Assembly (NCBI GenBank): GCA_051294375.1
Contig: CM119269.1
Span: 1,084,958-1,148,957, forward strand
Direction of reading: 5' to 3'
Source: Paraspadella gotoi
Taxonomy: Eukaryota > Animalia > Chaetognatha
DNA length: 64,000 nucleotides
Below are positions 1-12,111 of the stretch, piece after piece; the first letter of the stretch is position 1; each line of letters opens with the position of its first letter. Below the pieces are notes generated by a model that was not told the origin of the DNA, searched no databases, and saw only the letters and a list, made by a program, of their open reading frames with translations. The position numbers and the translations under genes were made by a program.

Positions 1-1025
1 TTTCTTTCTCTCGTTTTTGGTGGAATGAATAAGTAAGAAACGCGGGGGAAAAAAGTTTTGTCGCGAGAAGCGACACACAATCGCTGCAATTCTCCCCCTC
101 CCCCGTCTTTTAGAATTAAATGGAATCGTTGAGAGCGAAATTTATTTCCTATTTCATGAATTATGATTCGCGGGCAGAGAAATTCCACAACGAGGCGATC
201 GATGGCACCAAAAAAAGGGGAAAAGAGGCTTCGTACTTTCAGGCAAAAAAAGAATCAGTAAAGTTTGTTTTTTTAAGTTTATAAAAAAAAACTTTCTTTC
301 CTGTCTTCCTCGCAACTTTTTTTTTGTAAAGAAAAAGTTAAAATTTCTTCGTTTTTTAGTTTGCTGTTTAATATTTAATAAAAAAAAATTCAAACAGCAA
401 AACTTCAACTTTTTCATTATAAAATTTCCTGTTTTGCGTCATGTTTCTTCGTTTTTTATTTTAAACTTTCTGAATGACGATATTTAACTTTCTTTTTCTT
501 TTTTTTTTTTTGCCACCTGATTTTTTTTGGTCGAAACGCAAATACATCGAATTTGACTATTCTAGCTACTTTTTTCTTCTTTTTTTTAAGTCGTCAGACT
601 CTTTTTGAAATTTGACACATTTTTTGTCGCTCGTTTTGCGACGGAAAAAAGGATCTGCAACTTTTCGGCGCCAAAATGCGAAGTCGTTATTGAAAAAAAC
701 ATTTGCTGTAAAAAAAAAAGTCTGAAAAAATAAAAATAGGAAAAAAAAAGTTTTTTTTTCTTTCTCGAGTCAAAAAGGTGGAAAAGTGGAGGAAAATGGC
801 GGAGAAAAAAATAGTTTAAAAAGTAAGAAAAAGTCATTCGATATATTAAACTCGTGAAAAGATAGCAGAGTTCCGATTGATAAGGAAAATGTCTCAAAAT
901 AGGGATGGAAAATTTTATAAAACGTAAAAAATCTCCCTGTACAATGTACAGTGTATAGTGTACAACTAACGAGTATGTGTGACATGAGAGAAACCTAGAG
1001 AGGTTCACTTTGTTCCGCGCTAATT

Positions 1026-3874
1026 TTTTGAATTCATTATCAATTCATTTCTAAATCATATGACCTACATTCATGTTAAGACAATTTTTTTCCTCGCAAT
1101 GCTTGGTTTTCTGCTAAAGATTGTCGTCTACCAATCAAGCACGGCCTCTTCCCGTTGGCCCCAAGAAAGGGTAAAACTTTCAAGTTCCATGAATCTATTT
1201 TATTGTTTTCATTGTTCTTCTTCCTCAGAATTATATGCCGCCGCCGCCGCCGACTCTGCCGCCGCCGCCGCCGCCGCCGCCGCCAGGGCTTCCTCCATCG
1301 CCACACGACACGCCGGAGGGGAGGAAGGGAGGAATCTTGACAAAAGTTTATGACTCTGTCGTGTTCAGACGAAGGCCCCGACTCTTGAGCGCCCCCTCCG
1401 TTGGCCCGCCCCCCTCGCTACTTCCTTTCTTTTTTATGATATTTGCGAAGGGTCGAACTTTTGTCGCCGGTTCTAAATATTGTTTCGAGGTCGACTTAGA
1501 AGACGTCAACGCATCCCTTCAGTTCTTTTTTCTTTTTAAAGAAAATTTCACTGATGCAGCGACACTTCCGTTTCTTTTCGAATACTATAATAATCAAAAC
1601 AGTTTAAAAACTATTAAGATGTATAAAAAAAAAGGACTCGCTGTAAAATAAAAAAGAAAACAATCAGGATTAAAATAGAATAGTTTATCCGCCAGCTTTT
1701 AATATTTATTAAAAATTCAAGCGGTCTCTACCTTTAATTCACATTTTAATAGTTCGTTCGTTCGATTCCCATTCCATTATATTTTTAAAAAAATATTCTC
1801 AAACCACATGTACCTATGCTTTAGAAATGATTGCCGTCATTGTAATTTCTGTTGTCACTGATCTTCACATCCACCATTTGCCATCGCACGCGGAACTCCA
1901 CTCCATTGCGCCCCGGGGCAATTTCATCCTCCTCCTCCTCCTCCTCCTCCTCCTCCTGAGTTGTGAAACTGCCTCCGGTTCATCTTCTTCTTCACGTCAA
2001 TGGATGCGTGAAAATCTTTACATCGCACTTGAAACAAAAGTCACGTCATAAACAGGGGAATCGCTTCACAACCAGCGCCTTACCTTTGACAGACATCAAA
2101 ATCATCCCGAATGTGAACCACAGCCACGACACCTTCACACAAACTCACTTACCACACAAGTTTTTTTAATCACTCTTAAACCACGCCCGCACTCTCCTGG
2201 CAAACGTTACAATTCCACGAAGCAAGTCCCTTCTCTCATTAACTAATAGAATAATCCTGAGCCTCCACTTCTCCAGCCTCCACAACCCACACCACAGCCG
2301 TTTCCACAGCCGGTTTTTAATACCGCCTTCCACGCGAAGGTAAGCAATGGATAATAAACGTCAAAACAGTTCGACAATTCTGAGGCTGAATGTGGGAATG
2401 GAAACGACAATGGAATGGCGGCCAAAAGAGAGACGCTTTTCTTTTGAATTCATTATCAATTGACTCATTTCTTTAAAATCATATGACTTACATTCATTGT
2501 TAGACATTTTTTTCCTGCAAGTGCTTGGTTTCTCTGCTAAAGATTGTCGTCTACCAATCAAGCACCGGCCTCTTCCCGTTGGCCCCAAGAAGGGTAAAAC
2601 TTTCAAGTTCATGATGATCTATTTTATTGTTTTCATTGTTCTTCTTCCTCAGAATTATATGCGCCGCCGCGCCGCCGCCGACTCTGCCTGCGAGCCGGCC
2701 GCCGCGCGCCGCCGCCGTAGGGCTTCCTCCATGCGCCGCACGAGCACCGCCGGAGGGGAAGGAAGGGAGGAATCTTGACAAAGAGTTTATGACTCTGTCG
2801 TGTTAGACGAAAGGCCCCGACTCTTGAGGCCCCCTCGTTGGCGCGCGCCCCCTCGCTACTCTCTTTTCTTTTTTATGATATTTGCGAAGGGTCGAATTTT
2901 TGTCGCGGTTCTAAATATTGTTTCGAGGTCGACTAGAAGACGTCAACGGGCATCCCTTCAGTTCTTTTTTTCTTTTTAAAGAAAAATTTCACTGATGCAG
3001 CGACACTTGGTTTTTTTCGAATACTATAATAATCAAAACAGTTTAAAACTATTAAGATGTATATAAAAAAAGGACTCGCTGTAAAATAAAAAAGAAACCA
3101 ATCAGGATTAAAAAATAGAATAGTTTATCCGCCAGCTTTTAATATTTATTAAAAATTCAAGCGGTCTCTACCTTTAATTCACATTTTAATAGTTCGTTCG
3201 TTCGATTCCCATTCCATTTATATTTTTTAAAAAATATTCTCAAAACATGTACCTATGCTTTAGAAATGATTGCGCTCATTGTAATTTCTGTTGTCACTGA
3301 TCTTCACATCACCATTTGCCATCGCACGCGGAACTCCACTCCATTGCGCGCCACGGGGCAATTTCATCCCTCCTCCTCCTCCTCCTCCTCCTCCTCCTCC
3401 TGGGAGTTGTTGAACCTGCCTCCGGTTCATCTTCTTCTTCACGCTCAATGGATGCGTGAAAATCTTTACATCGCACTTGAAACAAAAGTCACGTCATAAA
3501 CAGGGGAATCGCTTCACAACCAGCGCCTTACCTTGACAGACATCACAAATCATCTCGAATGTGAATCCACAGCCACGACACATTCACACAAACTCACTTA
3601 CCACACAAGTTTTTTTAATCAACTCTTAAACCACGCCCGCACTCTCTCTGGCAACGTTACAATTCCACGAAGCAAGTCCCTTCTCTCATTAACTAATAGA
3701 ATAATCCTGCAGCCTCACTTCTCCAGCCTCCACAACCGCCACACCACAGCCGTTTCCACAGCGTTTGTTTAAGTAACGCCTTTCCACGCGTAGGTAGCAA
3801 TGGATAATAAACGTCAAACCAGTTCGACAATTCTGAGGCTGAATGTGGGAATGGAAACGACAATGGAATGGCGG
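1026..3874 (+). repeat. Tandem direct duplication of ~1.4 kb (copy A 1026-2421, copy B 2442-3874), probably a redundant long-read patch
   Basis: Both copies run from ttttgaattcattatcaat to gacaatggaatggcgg. Copy B differs mostly by 1-2 nt indels and ends shortly before a 25-N gap (3959-3983). Confidence 0.9.
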
Positions 3875-4397
3875 CGGGAGAAAACGTTGTGTGTGTGAGA
3901 GAGAGAGTAGAGAGAGAGAGAGAGCAGAAGTAGAGAGAGAGAGAGAGAAGAGAGAGACNNNNNNNNNNNNNNNNNNNNNNNNNGAGAGAGACTTTTACAG
4001 TTGCTTTTATGCGAAAACTTCGTCATGAACGTTTATCTTGCCCGGTAAAAATTGCATACTCGATACTGTGCCTTAATGAGAGTCTGGGAAATAAAAGTAA
4101 AAAAGAGAAAAAGACTGAGAGCGAGAGAGGGAGAAGGAACATAAAAATTCTACGAAAATATAACAAGCGAAAAAGCGAGGATAAAAAAGTGGAGTCCTTG
4201 AACCCGATTCGCTCCTTCTCATTTCGATCCTTCTCTTTCTTCTCTTTCTTTTCTTTCTTCTTCTCTTTTTTCTTCTCTTTGCCCCTCAGCTCTTTTCTAT
4301 CCCGTTTCTTTCTTTTATTGCTTAACTCCTGTTTCTCAAATCTTCTTTTCGATATAAAACAGAGAAACCTGATTATCATATGAAAAGATCGTATTGA

Positions 4398-4468
<71 letters not shown>

Positions 4469-4594
4469 TCCCTCGTACAAAAAGCAATGACCCTTTTACG
4501 TCTTTATGGAAATATTTGAGCATCCCCCCCTTCTCCTTTCCTCTCCACCTGCCGGTGATCCAACTTTTTTTTTTCTTTTCGCGCTGAGCGTGGA

Positions 4595-4870
4595 TAATGG
4601 AGTCAGACGATGGAGCGGAATGATGGAGTTAGATTATGAAGCGAAGAGATGGAGCGAAATGTTGTAGTTAGATCGTGGGGTGGAGAGATGGAATTAAATA
4701 AATGATGAAGCTGGAGTTGCGAGATGGAATGCAATGATGGAGCCAAAGAAAAATGAGTTCGATGAAGCAGTCAAGTGATAGAAGAAAATGATGGAAAAAG
4801 ATTATTTTTTGATGAAGCAGATTGATGGAGTCAGAGTATAGGATAGCGAGATGGAGTTGGCTTATGGAGC
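4595..4870 (+). repeat. Degenerate GATGGAG-rich simple repeat region
   Basis: Recurrent atggag/gatgga/gatgaag words at irregular short spacing. Confidence 0.55.
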
Positions 4871-4982
4871 AAAGTGCGAGAGCAAATTAGAGAGAAAAGA
4901 AAAGGATGAAAGGAAAGGAGAGGAACCATTAGTTCCGTCTTGTTTAGACTTGATATGATCGTCGTCGTGAGCGAGGCGCTTC

Positions 4983-5187
4983 GCCAGGACGAGGTGGATC
5001 CTTTAGAGTGGCAGGGTGGAGAGAATGCTGGTGCCAGGACGAGGAGGATCCTTTAGAGTGGCAGGGTGGAGAGAATGCTGGTGCCAGGACGAGGTGGATC
5101 CTTTAGAGTGGCTGGGTTGAGATGATGCTCGTGCCAGGACGAGGTGGCTGGGTTGAGAGAATGCTGGGTTTAGATCATGCTGGTGCC
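4983..5187 (+). repeat. 50-bp minisatellite, ~4 copies
   Basis: Unit gccaggacgaggtggatcctttagagtggcagggtggagagaatgctggt starts at 4983, 5033, 5083 and 5133; the last copy is internally deleted. Confidence 0.9.
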
Positions 5188-6860
5188 ATTCTGCGCAAAG
5201 AGAGCGAGATTGTTCTGACATGAATTAACCCCTCTAGACACTAACGTAAATTATAAAACTGAAAATAATACCGTAAGATCCGTAATATCAAAGGATCTAA
5301 CACTGTCAACAAACGCGATTAATTGTACTTCTATAATCTCGTATAATGAAAGAGTGAATGAATCGAACAAAAAGAGACTGAAGGGAGAAGGAAAAAAAAG
5401 AGAATTACAAAAGAGAAAGGCAAGGTAGAAAGAAAGAATTGAGTAGACAAAAGAAGGAAAAAAATATTGTGGCAGAGTTGCGAATGCGCGGGGAAGAAAA
5501 ATTGCGTGGGCGTGTAAACAAAAGCAGCGGGTAGGGGATAGGAGTAAAGGTGGGGGGGGATGGAAGGATGCCGGAGGCAAATTCAGGGTCTGGAAGGATC
5601 TACTTTACTCGATGTCGGGTGAGAAAGGAAGCGGGACGGAGGGCCGGCTCCCGCCGGTTGTGGTCCGGGGACTCGGAGCGTCTCCGACATGATGGGTGCG
5701 GGGACGAATCCCCATCCCCGGGCGTTCCCCCCCCAGCCATGATGGATGATATTTATTTTCCCGATTCAAAGTCCAGGCACGTGGTTTTTTTTCCGTCCCC
5801 ATGGATCGAAAACGACGAGGGAACGAAAAGATATTATTTTTTCCCCTCGTGATTAGAATTATTATCATGGCGGCTTTTTTCGACCTCTGAATGACGCGGG
5901 GCAAAAAAGGAGGAAAAAAGAAAGAAAAAAGAAAGAAAAAAAAGGAGGTGTACGTGATAGAAGACTCATGAATCGATGATCGCGATTCGAGGAGCAAAAG
6001 TCAGAAGAGTCGCAGTCTTCACTGAATCACTGAATCCCCCAAAGATGCATTAGAGGGACCTGTGATGACGGGTTATTAAAAAGCAGTTTGTCCTTAGTTC
6101 GTCAGAACGTTGGTTTTTGATTGTATTATTACCGTTGTTAGTATTCTTTATTTGCCAACTAGGTTTATAAAGGTTTGAAACAATTCATATGGTATTGACG
6201 ATTCATAATTACATATTGACAAGTCTTTTTTTTTTTTTATTAAAAATTGCGCAGATGACTTTCAAGTTTTAATCGACTCCGAGCCACTTTAACGACGAAA
6301 TCGCGAGTCTTTTGTTTTTTCAAAGTTTATATAAATCTTTCTGTGAAACGCTGGCGACATCTCGACGCAGCTGGCGCAAAACCGGAAGTGAGCTTTAACT
6401 CGGAATCGATCGGCCGACGAAATCGCGAACGGGCGACGGTTTTTATTTATTGAATAAACGCGAAAGGGAAATTGGTTTTTATTCTCGACGACAGTGGGGT
6501 TCCCTCCTCGCGCGCCAGATGGCGGGAGGAAGGTCAGGAAATTATCGAACTTTCTCCCATCGCTTGTGCGCCGGTCGCGGAGAGATATCGATCCAAACCC
6601 AGAAAAAGAAAAAAAGGATTACAAAACAAAAACAAACAAAAAAATGTAATAAACAAATGTGTTGCGCCGCAGTGACTGCCTCATGACATGACGTGACTAT
6701 AATAACTTTCTAAGCCCGTATAGTTATGACATGCACTGCATCAAAATTCCATCTTTTATTCNNNNNNNNNNNNNNNNNNNNNNNNNTATTCCTTATAGTT
6801 TTAGGAATTTTCTGAAGGCGGCGCTAGCAGTCCCTTAGATTTGAGCTTTTTTTTCTGTCT

Positions 6861-7026
6861 TAACATAAGAGCAACCAACTATAGGCAAATGATATCATTT
6901 TTAACGAAAGTAGGACAGACCGCAGACAGACATACCGACGACTCGACCGACCGGCAGACCGACCGACCGGCAGACCGACCCGACTTTATAGAGTGCTCCG
7001 CGGGTACTCGCGGCGCAAATAAAAAA
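6861..7026 (+). mobile_element. Short non-autonomous Helentron/DINE-1 (HINE)-like element
   Basis: Imperfect subterminal inverted repeats (gagcaaccaactata near 6869; tatagagtgctc near 6987), an internal (GACC/GACA)n tract at ~6914-6984, and a terminal stem-loop tgctccgcggg-ta-ctcgcggcgca (6994-7017) followed by an A-run. This is the known HINE layout; no family was identified. Confidence 0.45.
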
Positions 7027-8373
7027 CACGAGCTTCATTCCGTCAATTCGTTCGTTGAAGGATATTGTACTTGTCTCAATTTATTTCCACTCAAAAAAAC
7101 CGAACTATCTGATTCTCAGTCCGATCCGAGATTAAAAATGTTCACGAACTTTTCGCTGGTAATGCGGGAGTTCAAAAAAAAAAATCATTTTGAAATTTGA
7201 TGATTTTAGAAGGATATTACTACAAAGAAAAGAAATTTTTACTAACTGTTAATAAAAATTTTTAAAGGATTTCAAAAATTTAAAGGCAAATAATGTTTCA
7301 ATCGCTTCAATCTTTTCATCACTTCAAACGAGTCCCTCGATTTCCCCCCAAAATTATGATAACCCCTACCAGGTCCCCGATGCCCCCGTCTCTAACCCCC
7401 CCCCCACCCCCGCACTTTCCCGTTCCCCCTTTCCCTCGATCCCTTTTTAGAGACGGGGAGATTATTTCATCTCCCATTTGCCTCCGACGAAGCTTCGACT
7501 AAAAAAAAAAAAAAATCCCCGACGCCGAAGTGGGGATCGAAAACTTGATCCCAAAGATTCGAGCGGAGATTTTCTCTCTCTCTCTCTCTCTCTCTTCTCT
7601 CCCTCTCTCTCTCTCTCTTCTCTCTCTCTGTCTCTCTCTCTCTTTCCCTCTTTTTGAATGGAGTTTCTAGCAAAGTCAGTGATGGCATCTTTTTTTAATG
7701 GGCTCCTGATTGGACTCGCCGGTGAGCCGGAGTTATTTTTTTTTTCTCTCTCTGATATATTTCTTTTTGAAAAGAAGCAAAGGTCTTTTTTCTTTGACTG
7801 GGTAAAATTATCTCGGAATTGGCGGAACGAAGAACGGAAAAGAGCAAGAACGTGTAATTTAAAAGCAGCTTATTTAATAAAAATCAGGATAAAAGGCATC
7901 ATAAGCGAAAAAATATTCGTTAAAAAAAACTTTTTTATGATTTTTTTTCTTCGTTTCATCGAAGTTTTCTCGTCTGAACTGAACAAACTGACCCCTCAAC
8001 GGAATTTGAAAAATGGAATATTTGACCGAAAGATCTTTGAGCATATTTGAAAAAAATCGTATTTTCCGGATGATAAACCCGATGGCAACCTTTTATTCTC
8101 TGTCTCGCCGGGTCCCCTTTAAGTCCAGGTCAATGTCCTTTTAATGCCTCCATTAATCTGCCTTTATTGTCTTGTGAATGCTCCTTCTTCCTTCCGGCCT
8201 TTATCTATGGTTCTTCTTAAACTGCCGACAACGAAGGCCCCCTCTTAAAAAAAATCCTTGCTTTTTTAATCTGCTCAACGAGACTGAACGTATTATAAAT
8301 CTATGTGCATTTAGTATAATCTAAGCTGGATATATAATCTTCGTAACACCTACTTTCATTTTGGGGTCTCAGT

Positions 8374-8436
8374 GAGTTCAGTTCAGCTCAGTTTCAGTTC
8401 AGTTCAGTTTCAGTTCAGTTCAGTTTCAGTCAGTTT
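8374..8436 (+). repeat. (AGTTC)n pentanucleotide microsatellite
   Basis: Tandem cagtt/agttc units; second copy at ~18981-19045 inside the duplicated block. Confidence 0.85.
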
Positions 8437-9020
8437 CGAAATGTTAAAATTACAACATGTTCTTTTTATAGACTGATAACGTTTCCCAATAAGTCTTTTA
8501 ATTAACCTTTTTAATGTTCACCAGCTAATGTCTTAGGATTGGATTTTCCATCAACTATACATCCTTATCGACTAAGGAAAAAGCAAAGGACACATGATTT
8601 TTTCTACACCAAGGCCTTGAGTTCCGTCCCGATGTTAAACTACTCTGGTTTTCGATTTTTGATTTAAGGTCACGGGATTTTTTATCATTTATTGAATTGA
8701 GGACAGAAAATAGTCTTGCGAGAAAAGCGGTTGTATTTTTCAATACCTAACGATATAAACAGAATAAAAAGAAGCAACAACGACGACGACGACGACGACG
8801 ACGACGAGACAGCCAAATTTTCCCGGCCTGCAAATGACAAGGGCTTGACCCTCCCATAAAACGAAGGTCGACGCCCCCCCTGCCCTCAAATACGCAGTAT
8901 TATTCTTTTTTACGATAAACAAAATATAGGTGAAAAAGAATCAATTTTCTCTTTCGACGCCAACTCTTTCAATTTTTTTTCTCTCTCTATTGATTGTCCT
9001 TGCGCCCTCCCTTCTTAAAA

Positions 9021-9052
<32 letters not shown>

Positions 9053-11173
9053 AAAAAATCAATGCAGACCGCTTCCCCCCCTTTCTGGCCTTCCGCCCCC
9101 CTCCCGCCCCCTTCTACCCCCCTCCGCTGTATTCAGCAATTTTTACCCATTTTCGCCATTTCTCTTTTTCCCATTATTCAGCCTTTTTTCGTGTTTTATT
9201 CGTGGCTTTTATACATCGTCGTCGTCGTCGTCGTCGTCGTCGTCGGTCGTTACCTTGTCGTCTCATCGTCGTCGTTTATTCAGATTTCGATAGAAATTCG
9301 CCTCAGATGAAAACACAGGAAGTTTTTTTTTTTAACCGACAACGAAGGTGGAAGGGATCGATCTTTCAGTTCGGAGTATCGAATCAATCCTTCGGTCTAA
9401 GTCATTAGCCATGGTTTGGGTCTGGGGAGGATGGGGAAATAGAGAGAACGGGTGGGTTGAAGCACCTCCATTCTCCCATTTTGGGAGGATCGCAAAACCG
9501 TTGGGTATGTTAAAGTAAGATGAAACCCTTTGCTTTTTAAATTTCACTTTTTTCCCTTTTTTCTCCGACTATCACTCTCTCCCTTCTTTTTTCATAATCT
9601 TTTCCCGGTATTAATATTGAATGAAGCAGAATTCTCGCTCGCGCTCGGGCAACCCTCGTTTTGGGTCGCTGCCTGGGGCGCGGCCACTTGCCGCAGCTCG
9701 CCGCACCTACCCGGCCCATGGGCGAAAACCGTCCGCCTGATGTCGGCTCTCGACCCCATATTTCTTTATTTTGGTCGATATGTGATGACACCCCAAAGCA
9801 CGCCGCTCGAGGAATCTGACGGATGCGCGGTCGCCGGTGTGTGGGTCGGTCGTGGATGGCGTGACAGGGAGTCGACGCCGGGGGGCGTTTCGCGCGTCAT
9901 TTGTCCCACACCTCGATAAGTTCGCCCTTTATTAGGCGATGATTGAGAGAAACGGGGTGCGCCGGACCGCATTGACGTTCATTGCGTGTTATGTCGGGAA
10001 CCGGGAGAAAATAAAACGGCGTTATAATAGTATGGAAACTTTCTTGTCGTTATGTTGTTTGTCCCCGTTCTCTCTCGCTCTCCAGTTTTGGACTTTTTTA
10101 TTGACGAGGGATGGGAATCTTATTTGGGCGATCTATCGTCAGCTTGATTTGGTGGGCCTTTTTTTTTAGTGAGGGGGAGGCGAATCACGAAAAGGTTTTT
10201 TTTTCCTGACGTGGCGATCCAATGGAATCTGACGGAATCATTGGTTAAAATTGTTAGGGAAGAAACTATAAGTTTGGGGTGTATCGGAAGCTGAAGAAGA
10301 TAAAGGGGGCGGGTCCAAGGGAAGTGAAAGAGATAAGTTTAAAAGTCGAAAAGCAGGCGAGTAATAGTAGGGCGGCGGGGAGAGTCAGTCGGGAGGAAAA
10401 GAGGCTTGGCACATCTAAGCAAGAGGTAGGCGTCGGGCGTCTGGAGGAACTGGTCACGACTTGGAAAGAGGAGAATGACGACGGTCGAGGGAGAAGGGCG
10501 GTAAGTTGGGATTGTGAAGGAAGGGAAGGATGGGGAGTGATAGTCGGCGGGTTGAAAGGAGAGGGAGGGGAGTAAGATTCCAGGTTGAACGCGAGAAGAG
10601 AGGAGAAAGGGTGATAAAGTAAAAATTTCTCTGAGTGCGAGGAATCGGGAGGAAAGGCGACGGGTTTCCGCTCGATGCGAAGAGTAAATCAAACGAGGCC
10701 AATTTTTCGAGCGAGGTCGACTTGGTCGAATGGCGCACTCGGCATCTCTCTCTCTCTCTTCCCTTTCCCGGCTTAAATAATAACAAGCGTGAATAATTAA
10801 TGATCTGTAAGGGTCTTATTTGATGAAGAGGCGAGGCAGAGAAAAAGTATTAACTCTGAAACGGAGGTTTCTGCGCAGGAGAGTCTGAGAACATTTTCTT
10901 TTTTCCTCTAACCTAAACATTTATTACTTGTTTGTTGTTGTATCATGAAATGAACCTAATTGCTGGCCGGTAGGCGCAGGAATTCGAAAGGTGTAGCGAG
11001 TTAAAACGGTATATTAATATGCAAATAAGGCACGAAAATCATACGGTATTAAAACAGTAGGGGTAATAACAAGTTTAAAAGACATAATTAATAAATCAGG
11101 TTATTTAAAAAAGAGAGAAAAAGTTTAAAAAAAATATTAAAATCGTGCGGGTCGCAAGTAAAATAATAACCTC

Positions 11174-12090
11174 TACTGGGTTTGACAACGGTTTGGCCCG
11201 TCTAGTATAAAAGAATGCATATGCGACCTTCTACATACCTACGGACACACGGGCGGTTTCCTCTGGCTCGCGCGGAAACGCGCGGTAAATAGAGGTAAAT
11301 TATCTTCTCCACTTCTCGGACGGTATGGTCCAGGCCCGCCAATCCAGACGGAAGGGGGAAGAAGCTTGCATTTTGCGATCCAAAAGCGGAAGGGGAACCG
11401 GGCGCGGCCGCAACCACGATACACCCCGCTCCCGCAAGCAGACGCCTTGCGGAGCCGGGGCGCGAGGACAGTTCAGTAAGAGGACGCCGTGACTGATGAG
11501 GGCGGCATTCAGAGCTCTGATCTAGTTGAGTGAAGAGTAAGTGAGTTAGTGCTGCGGTCCAACCTTAACCCGTCTCCGAAGCGCCGTCCTGGTTGCCTTG
11601 GATCACGCCAACTGGACAGGGGAGAGAAGGAGAGGCTAAAGTGGATACGGAGGGCTTCAAAAGAGATCATTAAGGAAGGGAACAATTCCCGCCGTCCATC
11701 ACAGGAACCACTGGGTCTCCACAGAAATGAGTCTCTGCTCAATCCGACAAACAGATCCAACTCAGAATAAGAATCAATCATTAAATCAAATAAAAGCGAC
11801 GATCAGCTCGCGCTAAAGTCCAAATCCATACGCAAAAATCTATTCGACTAATCATAATCCGGTCAAGATTAACAATCTAAATCAAGATTATAAATTCAAA
11901 TCAGAGCAGCTGGAACGGATGCCGAATCAATACAACAAGCACTATCATGAGCATGCGCAGAGCATTTTAGAGTAATCATCTACGAGCCGGGGTCGACGAA
12001 CATCCGTAGTTGCCCGGGGCTGATAGCAGAATCAGTTGATCAGGGGAGGCGAGGTTCGGCTTCTCGGGATCGTCGCACGAGCGGCGATCC
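11174..12090 (+). ncRNA. Hairpin-rich non-coding region (putative structured RNA or viral UTR)
   Basis: Stem-loops at 11174-11207, 11257-11299 (core CGCGCG-GAAA-CGCGCG 11269-11284), 11304-11361, 11424-11460, 12019-12036 and 12067-12090. Several need G-U pairs that exist only on the + strand. Confidence 0.35.
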
Positions 12091-12111
12091 GGTGGAGGGC
12101 GGGAGGGGCAA

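Noticed and set aside
1235-1651. Poly-proline ORF resembling formin/WASP (and poly-Ala/Arg in other frames)
   Set aside because: It derives from a (GCC)n run, the rest is AT-rich non-coding-like sequence, and the frame is not kept in the duplicate copy.
11234-11250. U1 snRNA-like 5' end (atacctacggac)
   Set aside because: Only a partial match to ATACTTACCTG; U1 loop I, loop II and the Sm site are absent.
11488-11525. Hammerhead ribozyme core (CTGATGAG at 11493-11500)
   Set aside because: No GAAA after a stem II and no compatible stems I/III.
11559-11572. Telomerase template-like aaccttaaccc
   Set aside because: One mismatch to the TTAGGG template and no recognisable U-rich pseudoknot downstream.
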